Notes under the pieces: generated by a model | Told to the model about the DNA's origin: nothing | What the model saw: the letters and a program-made list of their open reading frames with translations, nothing else | The model's database searches: none | Assembly: GCA_016935665.1 (NCBI GenBank) | Contig: JAFGQN010000203.1 | Coordinates: 49,237 to 113,236, forward strand | Length of the DNA: 64,000 bases | Direction: 5' to 3' | Source of the DNA: Deltaproteobacteria bacterium | Lineage (GTDB): Bacteria > Myxococcota_A > Polyangia > JAAYKL01 | Translations under genes and position numbers: made by a program | Shown here: positions 29,948 to 40,204 of the stretch, piece by piece | Layout of the letters: each line of letters begins with the position of its first letter | How positions within the stretch are numbered: the stretch's first letter is position 1

Positions 29948-30625
29948 TCAGGAATACCGACTAATTACTGAACGAGTGATAAGTTGAATTACTTCATTGG
30001 CAGATATGTCCTCGCAATTGACTTCTTTGGCGTCATCTGCCTTACGCAACGGAGCCACCTCGCGACAGGCATCTCGTTCGTCGCGAATCTCCTGGGCCTT
30101 TTCCACGTCATCCAGGGAAACGTCCTCACCTTTTTCCTTTAACTGCAGGTAACGGCGACGGGCGCGTTCTTTAGCGGACGCAACCAGAAAGAATTTTGCC
30201 TCAGCGTCGGGAAACACCACCGTGCCTATATCTCTTCCTTCCAGCACCACACCGCCATTGATTCCCATCTGTCGTTGAATATCGAGCAACACCTCGCGCA
30301 CTTCGGAATGTTTGGCAACAGTAGATGCGCCTTCGCTCATTTCCGGCGTTCGAATCATGTCCCCCAAAGGCGCACCATCCAGCAGCAGATTCCCTTCCAA
30401 ATCGAAGGCGAAATGGTGCGTTGCCGCTTCCTTCGCCACGGCCGCACCATTTTGCCAATCCACATTCTTTGTTTTGGCGGCAAACGCCACTGACCGATAG
30501 ATGGCGCCTGTGTCGATAAATTGATAATTCAAAGCGGATGCGACTCCTTTGGCAACGGTGCTCTTACCTACGCCGGAAGGCCCGTCAATGGCCACCACTG
30601 GTTTAGATCTCCTCATATAACTCAC
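29948..30625 (-). CDS. cmk: Cytidylate kinase
   Basis: P-loop VVAIDGPSGVGKSTVAKGVASALNYQFIDTGAIYRSVA. Confidence 0.85.
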   Translation of the reverse strand: MSYMRRSKPVVAIDGPSGVGKSTVAKGVASALNYQFIDTGAIYRSVAFAAKTKNVDWQNGAAVAKEAATHHFAFDLEGNLLLDGAPLGDMIRTPEMSEGASTVAKHSEVREVLLDIQRQMGINGGVVLEGRDIGTVVFPDAEAKFFLVASAKERARRRYLQLKEKGEDVSLDDVEKAQEIRDERDACREVAPLRKADDAKEVNCEDISANEVIQLITRSVISRYS

Positions 30626-30645
30626 TCCTCATTTCAGTTGGATTA

Positions 30646-31668
30646 CTAATTCACCATATTTCTGATCTGCATAATGGGCTCAATCAGCTGTTTCAGTTTG
30701 TCGACATCGTTCAGAGAGAATCCAACAGAGGTTTTTAATCGATTCCCTTTGGCGTCGATTTTTATTTTTTTTATCAGCGATTTTACGCCGAGCATAGCTA
30801 TCAACACGTTGGAAGAGATGGACTTCAGCTCCTGATTCACCCGCGATGCCGCTTCAGTGGCATTTTCTGCATCATCCATGATTGCGTTGGCGCGAAACGA
30901 TATTCCTTCACCAAAGTGGAGCCTGGCGCTGGCGTGTTGAACCTTTTGCGACAGCCTGCCGTATGCGGGAGGCAGGTATTCGAGATATCCGTTTTTGCGC
31001 AGACCATCCCCGCGAACATACAAAGACGCCGCCCCCGCCTTTTTCGGCATTTCGATTTTCTGCAATACAGGGGTATCTCTCAATGTCTTTGTTTTCCGGG
31101 CCATGCACAACGTAACTGTTTCCTCCAGATGATCACTTACGATTGCCAGGGTCCGTTCAGAAACGGCAAAAACGTCGATGTTGCGAATTTTGAGTTTTTT
31201 CTGCCCAATTGTCCGGGCTCTAAGCCGCTTATTATCCACCAGTTGTTTGAGAATGACATCGGTATCCCAATCTCCCTTTAACAGGGCCACAAATCCATCG
31301 GGCTCATCTGGAGAACGGTGTCCGCTGGCGGTGAAAACTTCATCGGCTTTGTTTAAGGTGGACAGGACAAAATCTTTGCTGAGTAACGACTCGCTATAAT
31401 ATGAATTCAATAAGAATTTCAAAGTTGGCCAAATAGGAGATGTGCGAATTTCCTGGAGATTCACCCAGCTGACGCCCTGAAGACCATCCGGTGCCAGCAT
31501 CGCCAGATCCGCGTCGAGGGGAGGACGCTCGCCAACCACATTCAATACCTGGCTGGAGATAATGGTGCTCTGTTTGGGCGCGCAGGCTGTGAGAATCAGC
31601 ATCATCATCCAAACGCCCAGGATTTTTATTCCGGCTATATTATTCTTCATTTTTGACACCTCAGTCAC
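30646..31668 (-). CDS. Hypothetical lipoprotein (first gene of the apparent lipoprotein-cmk-rpsA transcription unit)
   Basis: Lipobox LILTACAPKQ. No recognisable domain. Gaps of 20 and 170 bp to the downstream genes on the same strand. Confidence 0.4.
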   Translation of the reverse strand: MTEVSKMKNNIAGIKILGVWMMMLILTACAPKQSTIISSQVLNVVGERPPLDADLAMLAPDGLQGVSWVNLQEIRTSPIWPTLKFLLNSYYSESLLSKDFVLSTLNKADEVFTASGHRSPDEPDGFVALLKGDWDTDVILKQLVDNKRLRARTIGQKKLKIRNIDVFAVSERTLAIVSDHLEETVTLCMARKTKTLRDTPVLQKIEMPKKAGAASLYVRGDGLRKNGYLEYLPPAYGRLSQKVQHASARLHFGEGISFRANAIMDDAENATEAASRVNQELKSISSNVLIAMLGVKSLIKKIKIDAKGNRLKTSVGFSLNDVDKLKQLIEPIMQIRNMVN

Positions 31669-32011
31669 TGCGGGATTTCCCAGGTCACCTTAACATTCGC
31701 GTACACCAGATACCTCAGAAAAGCAGCTACTGGCAAGCGAAGATAATGAATCGATATCCACCCGCCGTACAATAGCACAGGTGCGAATTAAAAGTGCCAG
31801 TGCGAATCCTTTTTTCCTGATTTTACTTTGGCGAACACAATCTTCAATAATTGTTTTTTTTGCTAACAGCTGGTAATTGATTAGATAATCCGTATCCGAC
31901 AAAGCTGTGTCTGTATCCGAAGACGATGGTTCAATTGTTGCTAGAGCACTTGCCGCACTTCATTCGAATTATATTTCGAAGATAAATGTTTATATAAAAA
32001 AAGGAATAGTA

Positions 32012-33529
32012 ATGTCCGATAATCAAGCTTTGAAACAAGTCAGTATTCAGGAAAATACAGAAAGCAGTAATCCATTTGAGGGGTTGGCTCGTCGTCGCCT
32101 CGACATGCTGTTTGATAAGGGAACTTTTGAGGAAATTGGCGCCGGAGTTGTGAATCGTTCCACAGACTTTGGGTTGGACAAAAAGCGAATTCCCGGCGAT
32201 GGTGTTATTACGGGATCCGGTGAAGTTAATGGTCGAATTGTCTTTGCGTACTCACAGGATCGCAGTGTGATGGGCGGCTCCCTTGGAGAAGCACACGCGA
32301 AAAAAATTGCACGGCTGCAGGATTTGGCCATGCGCGCCAAAGCGCCCATGGTAGGTATCAATGATTCGGGCGGAGCACGTATCCAGGAGGGAATTGATTC
32401 GTTGGGCGGCTATGGTGAAATTTTCCGTCGCAATGTGTTGAGTTCCGGCGTATGTCCGCAAATTTCAATGGTTTTGGGTCCTTGCGCGGGCGGGGCAGTT
32501 TACTCCCCGGCATTAACTGATTTCGTCGTGATGGTGCGCAAGCAGAGCTACATGTTTCTGACCGGTCCCAAGGTTGTAAAAACGGTTACATTTGAGGATG
32601 TGGATGCCGAATCTCTGGGAGGGGCGGATGTACACGGCAGAACCAGTGGTATCGCTCATCTTATTTACAAGGATGACGAATCCGCAATATCAGGCGTTCG
32701 CGAATTGCTCAGTTATCTGCCACAGAGCTACCTGGAGAAACCGCCATTCGAGGAACCCACGGATCCCATCGAAAGAGATTGTTCAGAACTTGATACAATC
32801 ATCCCAGCCTCATCCAAGCAGATTTACAACGTCAAAAATATTGTAAAAAGCATTTTTGATTTGGGATCGTTTTTCGAAATTCAGAAAAACTGGGCGAAAA
32901 ATGTAGTGGTAGGATTTGCGCGCCTGGGTGGATACTCTGTTGGCGTCATTGCCAATCAGCCAGGGATGATGGCCGGTGTCCTGGACTGTGATGCCTCCCG
33001 TAAAGCCGCCCGGTTTATCCGCACCTGCAACTCTTTTAATATTCCTATTATTTCACTCATCGATGTGCCGGGGTTCCTTCCAGGGACCGGCCAGGAGCAC
33101 AATGGGGTCATCGCGCATGGCGCCAAGTTGATGTACGCGTATTGCGAGGCCACCGTTCCCAAAATTGCTGTGATCATGCGAAAAGCCTATGGTGGTGCAT
33201 ATATTGTAATGAGTTCCAAACACGTTGGCGCCGATGTGAATCTGGCGTGGCCCACCGCCGAGGTGGCTGTGATGGGCGCCGCCGGAGCAGTGGAAGTGCT
33301 GTTCCGCAAGGAAATCACACAAGCCGAAGATCAGGAAGAGGCGACGGTGAAAAAAGTGGAGGAATATGAGAGCAAATTCCTCAATCCGGCACGCGCGATG
33401 GAGCGGGGGTATGTGGATGCCGTGATTCAGCCCAAAGATACACGTGTAAAGCTGTACCGCCATTTGAAAAGCCACTTCAACAAAATCGAACATCGTCCCG
33501 AACGTCGGAACGGAAACATTCCCACCTGA
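32012..33529 (+). CDS. Acyl-CoA carboxylase carboxyltransferase subunit (propionyl-CoA carboxylase beta / methylmalonyl-CoA decarboxylase alpha family)
   Basis: Two crotonase-like carboxyltransferase halves: GVITGSGEVNGRIVFAYSQDRSVMGGSLGEAHAKKIARL...GINDSGGARIQEG and a C-terminal half. Start at the MSDNQ ATG preceded by AAGGAA. Confidence 0.85.
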   Translation: MSDNQALKQVSIQENTESSNPFEGLARRRLDMLFDKGTFEEIGAGVVNRSTDFGLDKKRIPGDGVITGSGEVNGRIVFAYSQDRSVMGGSLGEAHAKKIARLQDLAMRAKAPMVGINDSGGARIQEGIDSLGGYGEIFRRNVLSSGVCPQISMVLGPCAGGAVYSPALTDFVVMVRKQSYMFLTGPKVVKTVTFEDVDAESLGGADVHGRTSGIAHLIYKDDESAISGVRELLSYLPQSYLEKPPFEEPTDPIERDCSELDTIIPASSKQIYNVKNIVKSIFDLGSFFEIQKNWAKNVVVGFARLGGYSVGVIANQPGMMAGVLDCDASRKAARFIRTCNSFNIPIISLIDVPGFLPGTGQEHNGVIAHGAKLMYAYCEATVPKIAVIMRKAYGGAYIVMSSKHVGADVNLAWPTAEVAVMGAAGAVEVLFRKEITQAEDQEEATVKKVEEYESKFLNPARAMERGYVDAVIQPKDTRVKLYRHLKSHFNKIEHRPERRNGNIPT

Positions 33530-33621
33530 TTTCTGTAATTTCATTGAATATTTGCAGGCTCTCCTGATATTTTCGTTGTTTATTAGGTTTATTAATTATT
33601 GAAATTGGCTGTGTTTCTTGT

Positions 33622-34563
33622 ATGGTGCAAATCATGAAAGACAAGATGGAAATTTGCGCCAGCTGCGGATCAATCGCGCCAGCAGGCAAGTACCAGTGTT
33701 CCAGGTGCCATGCACCGTTTGAATATAATCGAATTGTTGTATCTCCCCCGAAAGACGAACTGATCTACACACGAATCTGCGGCAGTTTCAATTGTCGTCG
33801 CTGCGGACATAATATAGCGTTGAGCTATTTCACCCTTGATGGTTTTCAATGTCCAGAATGCAATAGTCTGGAACGGTTTGACTGGAGCCTCTGGGAAGAT
33901 ATTGTAAAGGATGCCCATAACGTGGCGGATTTGTGCGGATTTGATCAACCGGATGCCGCCAACCATGAATTCTGGCAATTTCTTCGCGATTTTACCAGTG
34001 AGGACCTCCTGCGGGATTTGAGGGCTATTGGGCGCAATTCCTCAAGGTTGCACAAAAAAAATCCCAATCCACACCTGGCCGGATATTCTGTTGATCTCAG
34101 TCCTGGAAATCCGGTTTGCAGCACCTGCAGGACGCCGCTTCAAATCAGGGTGGTCGACGAAGTGTTGCAGACGTATTGTTTCGAATGCAAACGCAAAGAG
34201 CCTTATGAGATTGTTTCCGGTCTCGAGGAATATCAGTTTCTGTTTGCATGCATTGGCCAATGGCACCGAGCGGAACGTTCAAATGAACAGTCTCGTCCCA
34301 CTCTGCCTTTTCCCGAAGACGCCTCCCCCTGGTGGATGGTGTTTCAGGGGGCTTCTCCATTGAGACTTAAAATTGAAAGAAAAATCAGGCGACAGGAAGA
34401 AGAGACCAAACGGGAAAATCTGAAAGCCGAGAAAAGAAAGGCTCGCGCGGCGGAGCGGCATCGACGAATGCGATCCAAAGTGCGCAACAGAGCGGCAGTC
34501 ATTTTACTTGGCGTGGGAATTGTGACAGCGGTTGTTACCGGCGCAGTGCTTCAGTTTTTATAG
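33622..34563 (+). CDS. Hypothetical protein with three zinc ribbons, a basic coiled coil and a C-terminal membrane anchor
   Basis: C-x2-C...C-x2-C pairs (CASCG..CSRCH; CRRCGH..CPEC; CSTC..CFEC). Lys/Arg/Glu-rich helix. Terminal TM AAVILLGVGIVTAVVTGAVLQFL. Confidence 0.4.
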   Translation: MVQIMKDKMEICASCGSIAPAGKYQCSRCHAPFEYNRIVVSPPKDELIYTRICGSFNCRRCGHNIALSYFTLDGFQCPECNSLERFDWSLWEDIVKDAHNVADLCGFDQPDAANHEFWQFLRDFTSEDLLRDLRAIGRNSSRLHKKNPNPHLAGYSVDLSPGNPVCSTCRTPLQIRVVDEVLQTYCFECKRKEPYEIVSGLEEYQFLFACIGQWHRAERSNEQSRPTLPFPEDASPWWMVFQGASPLRLKIERKIRRQEEETKRENLKAEKRKARAAERHRRMRSKVRNRAAVILLGVGIVTAVVTGAVLQFL

Positions 34564-34617
34564 ACAGTCAATTGGTGTTGGTGTTGACCGAGAGGAGAGG
34601 GCGATCGCCAAAGGGGA

Positions 34618-34797
34618 CTATTCTTCAGTGGCTGCTTCTTTGGGCTTTGGGGCGGCCAGTTTGATTTTCTTTTCCTTAAGCAGGATTTCAACTTTGGCCT
34701 CGCCATTGATGTACTTGCCATCTTTGCCAACAACCGCGAAACGGCCGGAACGCTTTGGGACTATTTTGTAATCTGCTTTTGCTTTTTTCTTTGCCAT
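34618..34797 (-). CDS. Unannotated small basic protein (59 aa), absent from the ORF track
   Basis: Translation MAKKKAKADYKIVPKRSGRFAVVGKDGKYINGEAKVEILLKEKKIKLAAPKPKEAATEE. TAAGGAG lies 7 nt upstream of the ATG. Sits in an otherwise empty 416-bp gap. Confidence 0.45.
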   Translation of the reverse strand: MAKKKAKADYKIVPKRSGRFAVVGKDGKYINGEAKVEILLKEKKIKLAAPKPKEAATEE

Positions 34798-34979
34798 GTC
34801 GTACTCCTTAATCAGTTTCGACTTTAAGGAAACAATTTTCCAGACCGAATGTCTACTTTATTATGGAAGCCGGGTCAAGGCTTCATCCCAGCAGACGGAA
34901 AGAACGTTTTTTGAACAGCTTGCCAGGCCATTGCCAGGGATGTATATGAGAGAGATGTAATTCTCAGAAGGAGCACACA

Positions 34980-35288
34980 GTGAATTTTATCAATATGGCA
35001 TCAATGATTATGGCTCAACAGGATGTAAAACCATCTGCCGACAGCGTTGGTTTCGAATTGGCCATCTGGAAGTGGGTGGTTGTTATCGCAGTCGTGGCGT
35101 TCGTTATCATCTTCTTTTTAAAGCGACTGGGTGATATCGTTGCAAAGAAGAAGACGGAAAACATGATTGAATCCGTTGTTGGAAAGGGCGAAGCGCAGAA
35201 AAATCCGGAATGGATAGAAGAAGATGAAGAAGACGACCAGGACGATAGTGACAATGATGACGCTTCGTTGGACAATTCCAAATCCTGA
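34980..35288 (+). CDS. Small single-TM protein with a highly acidic C-terminal tail
   Basis: TM WKWVVVIAVVAFVIIFFL followed by ...EEDEEDDQDDSDNDDASLDNSKS. GGAGCAC upstream. No known domain. Confidence 0.35.
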   Translation: MNFINMASMIMAQQDVKPSADSVGFELAIWKWVVVIAVVAFVIIFFLKRLGDIVAKKKTENMIESVVGKGEAQKNPEWIEEDEEDDQDDSDNDDASLDNSKS

Positions 35289-35330
35289 ACCCGGCCGACT
35301 TTACCCGGGCCCCCCGCCTGATTCTGTGTT

Positions 35331-37160
35331 TTATTCCTCGATAGTTCGGACGGCGCCTTTGTCGGCAGACGCAGCGAAGTGGGCATAGGCTTTCAGTGCG
35401 CGTGAGACCTCTCGCACCCGGGGACCGGGAGTATAGGCACTGTCACCTTTGGCTTCCTCGGCGGCTTTTCGTTTGGCCAATTCTTCATCGCTCACAATCA
35501 CTTCGATACTGCGATTGGGAATATCGATTTTAATGGTGTCGCCAGTTTGAACCAGAGCAATCAGCCCTCCGGATGCCGCTTCGGGAGACACATGACCGAT
35601 AGACAGTCCTGCGGTTCCACCGGAAAACCGACCGTCGGTCACCAGTGCACATTGTTTGTCGATTCCCATGGATTTGATATACGACGTGGGATAAAGCATC
35701 TCCTGCATTCCCGGTCCCCCTTTGGGGCCTTCGTAGCGGATGAGGACCACATCGCCCGCGTTCACTGTGCCATCCAGAATGCCCTCACAGGCGTCATCCT
35801 GGGAATTGAATACGTGGGTTTTACCTTCGAATTTGTAGATGGAGGGATCGACCCCCGCCGTTTTGACGATGCAACCGTCCTTTGCAATATTGCCATACAG
35901 CACTGCGAGACCACCGTCCTGACTGTAGGCATTTTCGCCACTGCGAATACACCCCTCTGCTCTGTCTTTATCGAGTTCTTTGTACTTTGCACTTTGCGAT
36001 CCCAGAACACCATTGAAGACTCCTCCCGGAGCCGCGCTGTATACCTCGATGGCATCGTCGGTTACCGTTTCACGCATAATGTCGTATTCATCCAGAATTT
36101 CGGCCAGGGATTTGTCAATACGGCTGACGGATGTGTCGAGCAATCCCAGTCGATCCAGCTCGCCCATGATCCCCATGATGCCACCGGCGCGGTTCACGTC
36201 TTCCATATGGTAGTGAGAACTGGGCGCCACTTTGCTGAGATTTGGAGTTTTGCGAGAAAGGGCGTCAATGTCATTCATGGTGAAATCCACCTCTGCCTCC
36301 CGGGCCACTGCCAGAATGTGCAATACCGTATTGGTGGAACCGCCCATGGCCACATCGAGCGTCATGGCGTTTTCGAATGCCGCCTTCGTCGCGATGGAAC
36401 GCGGGAGCACCGAATCGTCACCGTCTTCGTAATATCGCTTTGTCATTTCAACAATGGTTGTTGCCGCTTTATCGAAAAGCGCCAGTCGTTTGGCATGTGT
36501 TGCCACAATTGAACCGTTGCCAGGGAAACCCAGTCCCAGCGCTTCGGTAAGGCAGTTCATGGAATTGGCGGTAAACATGCCGGAACACGAACCACATGTG
36601 GGGCATGCGTTTTTCTCCACTTTGTCGAGCAACTGGTCATCTGTTTTGGCGTCTGCGGCCTTTACAATCGCGTCGATGAGATCATATTTCTTTCCATCCA
36701 CAACCCCTGCTTCCATTGGGCCGCCGGAAACAAACACGGTGGGGATATTCAACCGCATGGTGGCCATGAGCATACCGGGGGTGATTTTGTCACAATTGGG
36801 AATACAGACCATGGCGTCCACGCGGTGGGCGTTGCACATATATTCGACGGTATCGGCAATGACTTCTCTGGACGGGAGCGAATAGAGCATGCCGTCGTGT
36901 CCCATGGCGATGCCGTCGCAAATGGCCATGGTGTCAAATTCTGCGGCAAAGCATCCGCATTCCTCGATTTTCTTTTTCACCATCTGACCGATGTCGTGAA
37001 GGTGACCGTGTCCGGGAACATACTGAGTGAACGAATTGGCGATGGCAATAACGGGCTTGCCGATCTGTTCTTCTTTCATACCGTTTCGGCGCCATAAACT
37101 GCGCGCCCCTGCCATACGGCGTCCCTGGGTTGAGGTATGACTTCTTAAAGGATTTTTCAT
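35331..37160 (-). CDS. ilvD: Dihydroxy-acid dehydratase
   Basis: N-terminus [28 protein letters not shown]...[20 protein letters not shown] is collinear with E. coli IlvD. Fe-S Cys ligands present. 609 aa. Confidence 0.9.
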   Translation of the reverse strand: MKNPLRSHTSTQGRRMAGARSLWRRNGMKEEQIGKPVIAIANSFTQYVPGHGHLHDIGQMVKKKIEECGCFAAEFDTMAICDGIAMGHDGMLYSLPSREVIADTVEYMCNAHRVDAMVCIPNCDKITPGMLMATMRLNIPTVFVSGGPMEAGVVDGKKYDLIDAIVKAADAKTDDQLLDKVEKNACPTCGSCSGMFTANSMNCLTEALGLGFPGNGSIVATHAKRLALFDKAATTIVEMTKRYYEDGDDSVLPRSIATKAAFENAMTLDVAMGGSTNTVLHILAVAREAEVDFTMNDIDALSRKTPNLSKVAPSSHYHMEDVNRAGGIMGIMGELDRLGLLDTSVSRIDKSLAEILDEYDIMRETVTDDAIEVYSAAPGGVFNGVLGSQSAKYKELDKDRAEGCIRSGENAYSQDGGLAVLYGNIAKDGCIVKTAGVDPSIYKFEGKTHVFNSQDDACEGILDGTVNAGDVVLIRYEGPKGGPGMQEMLYPTSYIKSMGIDKQCALVTDGRFSGGTAGLSIGHVSPEAASGGLIALVQTGDTIKIDIPNRSIEVIVSDEELAKRKAAEEAKGDSAYTPGPRVREVSRALKAYAHFAASADKGAVRTIEE

Positions 37161-37262
37161 ATCTTACCTTTCCAAATATTGAATGCTTCGCTTTAAAACC
37201 GGAATGTCCGAGTTATGCAAAAGTTGTCCAGTCTGCAGGAAATTGTCAATTTAAATGAGAGA

Positions 37263-38171
37263 TTATATGGACCTGGCGGTTTCGTTCAATGGAATTGTGT
37301 CAAAAGTGTCCCGCTTTGGCCAATAACGGGTGATAGTGGCATCCCGCAACCCTTCTGGACCGAATCGAAGGGTGTTGTACGCCAGTTGCTTTTCGGAATT
37401 GCCAACGTTGTTGGATGCGGAGGGCACCCCAAGCACCCGCACATCTCCCACCATTCTGTCGCTGACCACGTGAATGTGACCATGGAGCACCACCGCCTTT
37501 CGCTGCTGCAGCAGCGCCATTAACGGCGCGTATCGCTGCATGCCGTCCAGATATTGCTTCACTGCGTGAGTGCCAATGGCAAATGGTGGATGGTGCATGG
37601 CAATGACCGGGGTAAGAGACGGACTCAGCCGGGTCAGTATTTCCGTTAGCCGATGCAATTGCCTTTTAGGGAGTCTGCCCGCTGCGCGAATGGGGCCTCT
37701 CCATGTTGCGGTATTCAATCCAATGAGGGCCACATGGCCAACTTCCTTGTATGTTGGGTATTGTTTTTTGGGGCCCGGAAAGGGCAGCCAGGTGGCAAAA
37801 TGTCGCTCAAAATCACCTCGATACTGGGCACCTGGGGTATACCGATCGTGATTTCCCGGGATGCAGAAAAGCTTGTCTGCCGAAAATCCGTGGGAATGAA
37901 ACGTCTGTGCGAGATTGGCGAACTCTTCGTCCAGCGCCAGGTTCACAAAGTCACCGGTGGCCACACAGATGGAAGCGTCCTGTTCAATGAGATGAGACAG
38001 CAGTTTTTCAAACGGTTCTCTCAGATGCGTTTTACCGCGATTGAATTTGAGGTTGGCCCAACCCAGGATGCGTTTGGACAGCATCTTCCGCAGCGGAATT
38101 GGGCTGGATACGGGTAAATGAAAATCGGAAATGTGTGTGATCGTTGTAATGTTACTCGATTTAATTTGCAT
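37263..38171 (-). CDS. Calcineurin-like metallophosphoesterase (CpdA-like; candidate cyclic-nucleotide phosphodiesterase)
   Basis: Motifs ITHISDFH (D-x-H), GDFVN (GD), GNHDRY (GNHD/E), HHPP and GHIHV. Start taken at MQIKSS (38171); the track extends 36 codons further to 38279. Confidence 0.7.
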   Translation of the reverse strand: MQIKSSNITTITHISDFHLPVSSPIPLRKMLSKRILGWANLKFNRGKTHLREPFEKLLSHLIEQDASICVATGDFVNLALDEEFANLAQTFHSHGFSADKLFCIPGNHDRYTPGAQYRGDFERHFATWLPFPGPKKQYPTYKEVGHVALIGLNTATWRGPIRAAGRLPKRQLHRLTEILTRLSPSLTPVIAMHHPPFAIGTHAVKQYLDGMQRYAPLMALLQQRKAVVLHGHIHVVSDRMVGDVRVLGVPSASNNVGNSEKQLAYNTLRFGPEGLRDATITRYWPKRDTFDTIPLNETARSI

Positions 38172-38300
38172 GCCGCGAATATGCCAGGGAACTGCCGTGC
38201 GCACAAGAAGTAATGCAATCCGCAATTCATAAACGCTAATCTTTTTTTTAATAAAGTCGATACTGTTTTTAACTGACAATTTACGGAAATAAACTTCGAT

Positions 38301-39101
38301 ATGATAAACAGTCGTGGTGTTTCAGAAGAACTGGAAAAACAATACGGGTTGTGTAAAGCGATCGCCCGTGAGGTGTATGACCTCGTTTCCCATCTCGGTA
38401 CCCCAAAAGTGTTGTTGCGCGATAAAAATCTACTTGTTGAGTTGCCTTCGAACACTGTCAGTTTTGTGACAGAAGGGTATTTGAAATTGGTGCACGACAA
38501 CCGGGAAATCCGCATGTTTTCCAATGGCGACTTTATCCCAGTGACTGGTGGATGGGCAGAGGAATATCGCATTTCAAGCGACTTTAAATCCGAGCTGATG
38601 ATTTTTCCCCATTTGGAACTGGTGGAATATATTTGTAAAAAAGAGGAATTGGGCCGAAAGTGGGCCGAATTGTGCGCCATGGAGCAACGGTTGCAATTGT
38701 GTTTGTGTGGTGAGTTTGCACCAGAAATAATTGATTGTGAAATGGTGGTGAAAACTTATTCAAAAGGCGATGTGATAATGAATCCGAACTCGACGGATGG
38801 TACTGTTTTTGAGATGATATCCGGAAAAGCAGATGTTTTTGTAGATGATATTCTGGTTGGGACGGTGGGGAACAATGAGTTGTTCGGAGAGTTGACACTG
38901 CTTGTTCCGGATTCCACACCCGAAAAGGTAATTGCCAGAAAAAACTGCTTTGTACGTCAACTGGATTCTCGTGCGTTTACACATCTGATTGAGTCCAACT
39001 CGCAATTTGCAGTCACATTGCTTAAAAACCTCGCTTCAAAAATTGAAGCCCTCCATCAACTGGCAACCCATAACCATAACCAGATCAGCCGCCCCGAATA
39101 A
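38301..39101 (+). CDS. Cyclic-nucleotide-binding domain protein without a DNA-binding domain
   Basis: cNMP-binding fold in the C-terminal half (KTYSKGDVIMNPNSTDGTVFEMISGKADVF...NELFGELTLL). No HTH follows. Divergent from the metallophosphoesterase. Confidence 0.65.
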   Translation: MINSRGVSEELEKQYGLCKAIAREVYDLVSHLGTPKVLLRDKNLLVELPSNTVSFVTEGYLKLVHDNREIRMFSNGDFIPVTGGWAEEYRISSDFKSELMIFPHLELVEYICKKEELGRKWAELCAMEQRLQLCLCGEFAPEIIDCEMVVKTYSKGDVIMNPNSTDGTVFEMISGKADVFVDDILVGTVGNNELFGELTLLVPDSTPEKVIARKNCFVRQLDSRAFTHLIESNSQFAVTLLKNLASKIEALHQLATHNHNQISRPE

Positions 39102-39271
39102 ATTCAGCATTCGATTGTTGTGGCTGCCGATTGGATTATGGTTCGCACATAAAAAAAATATCCGCAATTGAAAAGTGTGCAGGAGTGACTACAATTGGCC
39201 CAGGTATTTGTTGCTCCATAAAATTATGGGGAGAGAATCAATAACTAATCTGACAATATGCGGAGTTTGAA

Positions 39272-40204
39272 ATGGCGAATGATGTAAGAAACGTTGTGAT
39301 TATAGGTGGTGGCCCTGCCGGATACACTGCGGCGATTTACGCGGCACGAGCGGCCGCATCCCCATTGCTGATTGAAGGGTTCGAACCCGGGGGACAATTG
39401 ATGACAACTACCGAAATCGAAAACTTTCCCGGTTTCGAAGAATCCATTGCCGGCCCGGAACTGATGAACAGGATGAAGGCGCAGGCGGGCAGGGTGGGTA
39501 CGGAATTTCTCACCGACGCCGTGGAGAGCGTTGATTTGTCCAACAGACCATTTCGGGTCAAAACCAATACCGGCGAAGTTCTGGCCAAAACCCTCATCAT
39601 CGCCACCGGAGCCAAAGCAAAGTGGCTGGGCATTGAATCTGAACAAAAATTCATGGGACGCGGCGTGTCCGCGTGCGCCACATGTGACGGATTCTTTTAC
39701 AGAGGCAAAGAAGTGGCTGTTGTGGGCGGCGGCGACACCGCCTGTGAGGAAGCCATCTATCTGACCAATCATGCCACCAAAGTGTATCTGGTCCATCGTC
39801 GGGATGAACTGCGCGCATCCAAAATCATGGCTGACAGACTGCTGGCCAATCCCAAAATCGAGCCGGTGTGGTATTCCATGGTGGACGAGATTCTTGGCGA
39901 CGATTCGGGCGTTACCGGTGTTCGTCTTAAAAGCACCAAAGATGGCAGCACCAAAGATTTGGCTATCGATGGTATATTTATGGCCATTGGGCATCAGCCC
40001 ATGGTGGATTTCCTTGGCGGTCAGCTGGAACTGACCGCAACGGGAAACATCAAAACCGCCCCGGATAGCACCAAAACCAGCGTGAAAGGTGTATTTGCCG
40101 CCGGAGATGTGCAGGATTCCGTGTATCGGCAGGCCGTTACAGCTGCGGGCACCGGATGCATGGCGGCCATCGAAGCAACACGATTGTTGGAAGAAGATGA
40201 GTGA
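39272..40204 (+). CDS. trxB: Thioredoxin-disulfide reductase
   Basis: FAD motif VVIIGGGPAGYTAAIYAARA, redox-active CATCDG, NADPH motif. 310 aa. Confidence 0.9.
   Translation: MANDVRNVVIIGGGPAGYTAAIYAARAAASPLLIEGFEPGGQLMTTTEIENFPGFEESIAGPELMNRMKAQAGRVGTEFLTDAVESVDLSNRPFRVKTNTGEVLAKTLIIATGAKAKWLGIESEQKFMGRGVSACATCDGFFYRGKEVAVVGGGDTACEEAIYLTNHATKVYLVHRRDELRASKIMADRLLANPKIEPVWYSMVDEILGDDSGVTGVRLKSTKDGSTKDLAIDGIFMAIGHQPMVDFLGGQLELTATGNIKTAPDSTKTSVKGVFAAGDVQDSVYRQAVTAAGTGCMAAIEATRLLEEDE

Noticed and set aside
31780-31925. Direct 8-bp repeats GTGCGAAT x2 and GTATCCGA x2 in the divergent region upstream of the carboxyltransferase gene
   Set aside because: They could be operator half-sites, but 8-mers at this spacing are not statistically compelling in 340 bp. 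Noted only.
35547-36512. 321-aa ORF antisense to ilvD; likewise 28575..29393 antisense to rpsA, 23752..24474 antisense to the transglutaminase-like gene, and 14419..15102 antisense to hisG
   Set aside because: The sense-strand genes have unambiguous conserved motifs. The antisense frames are typical GC-rich shadow ORFs.
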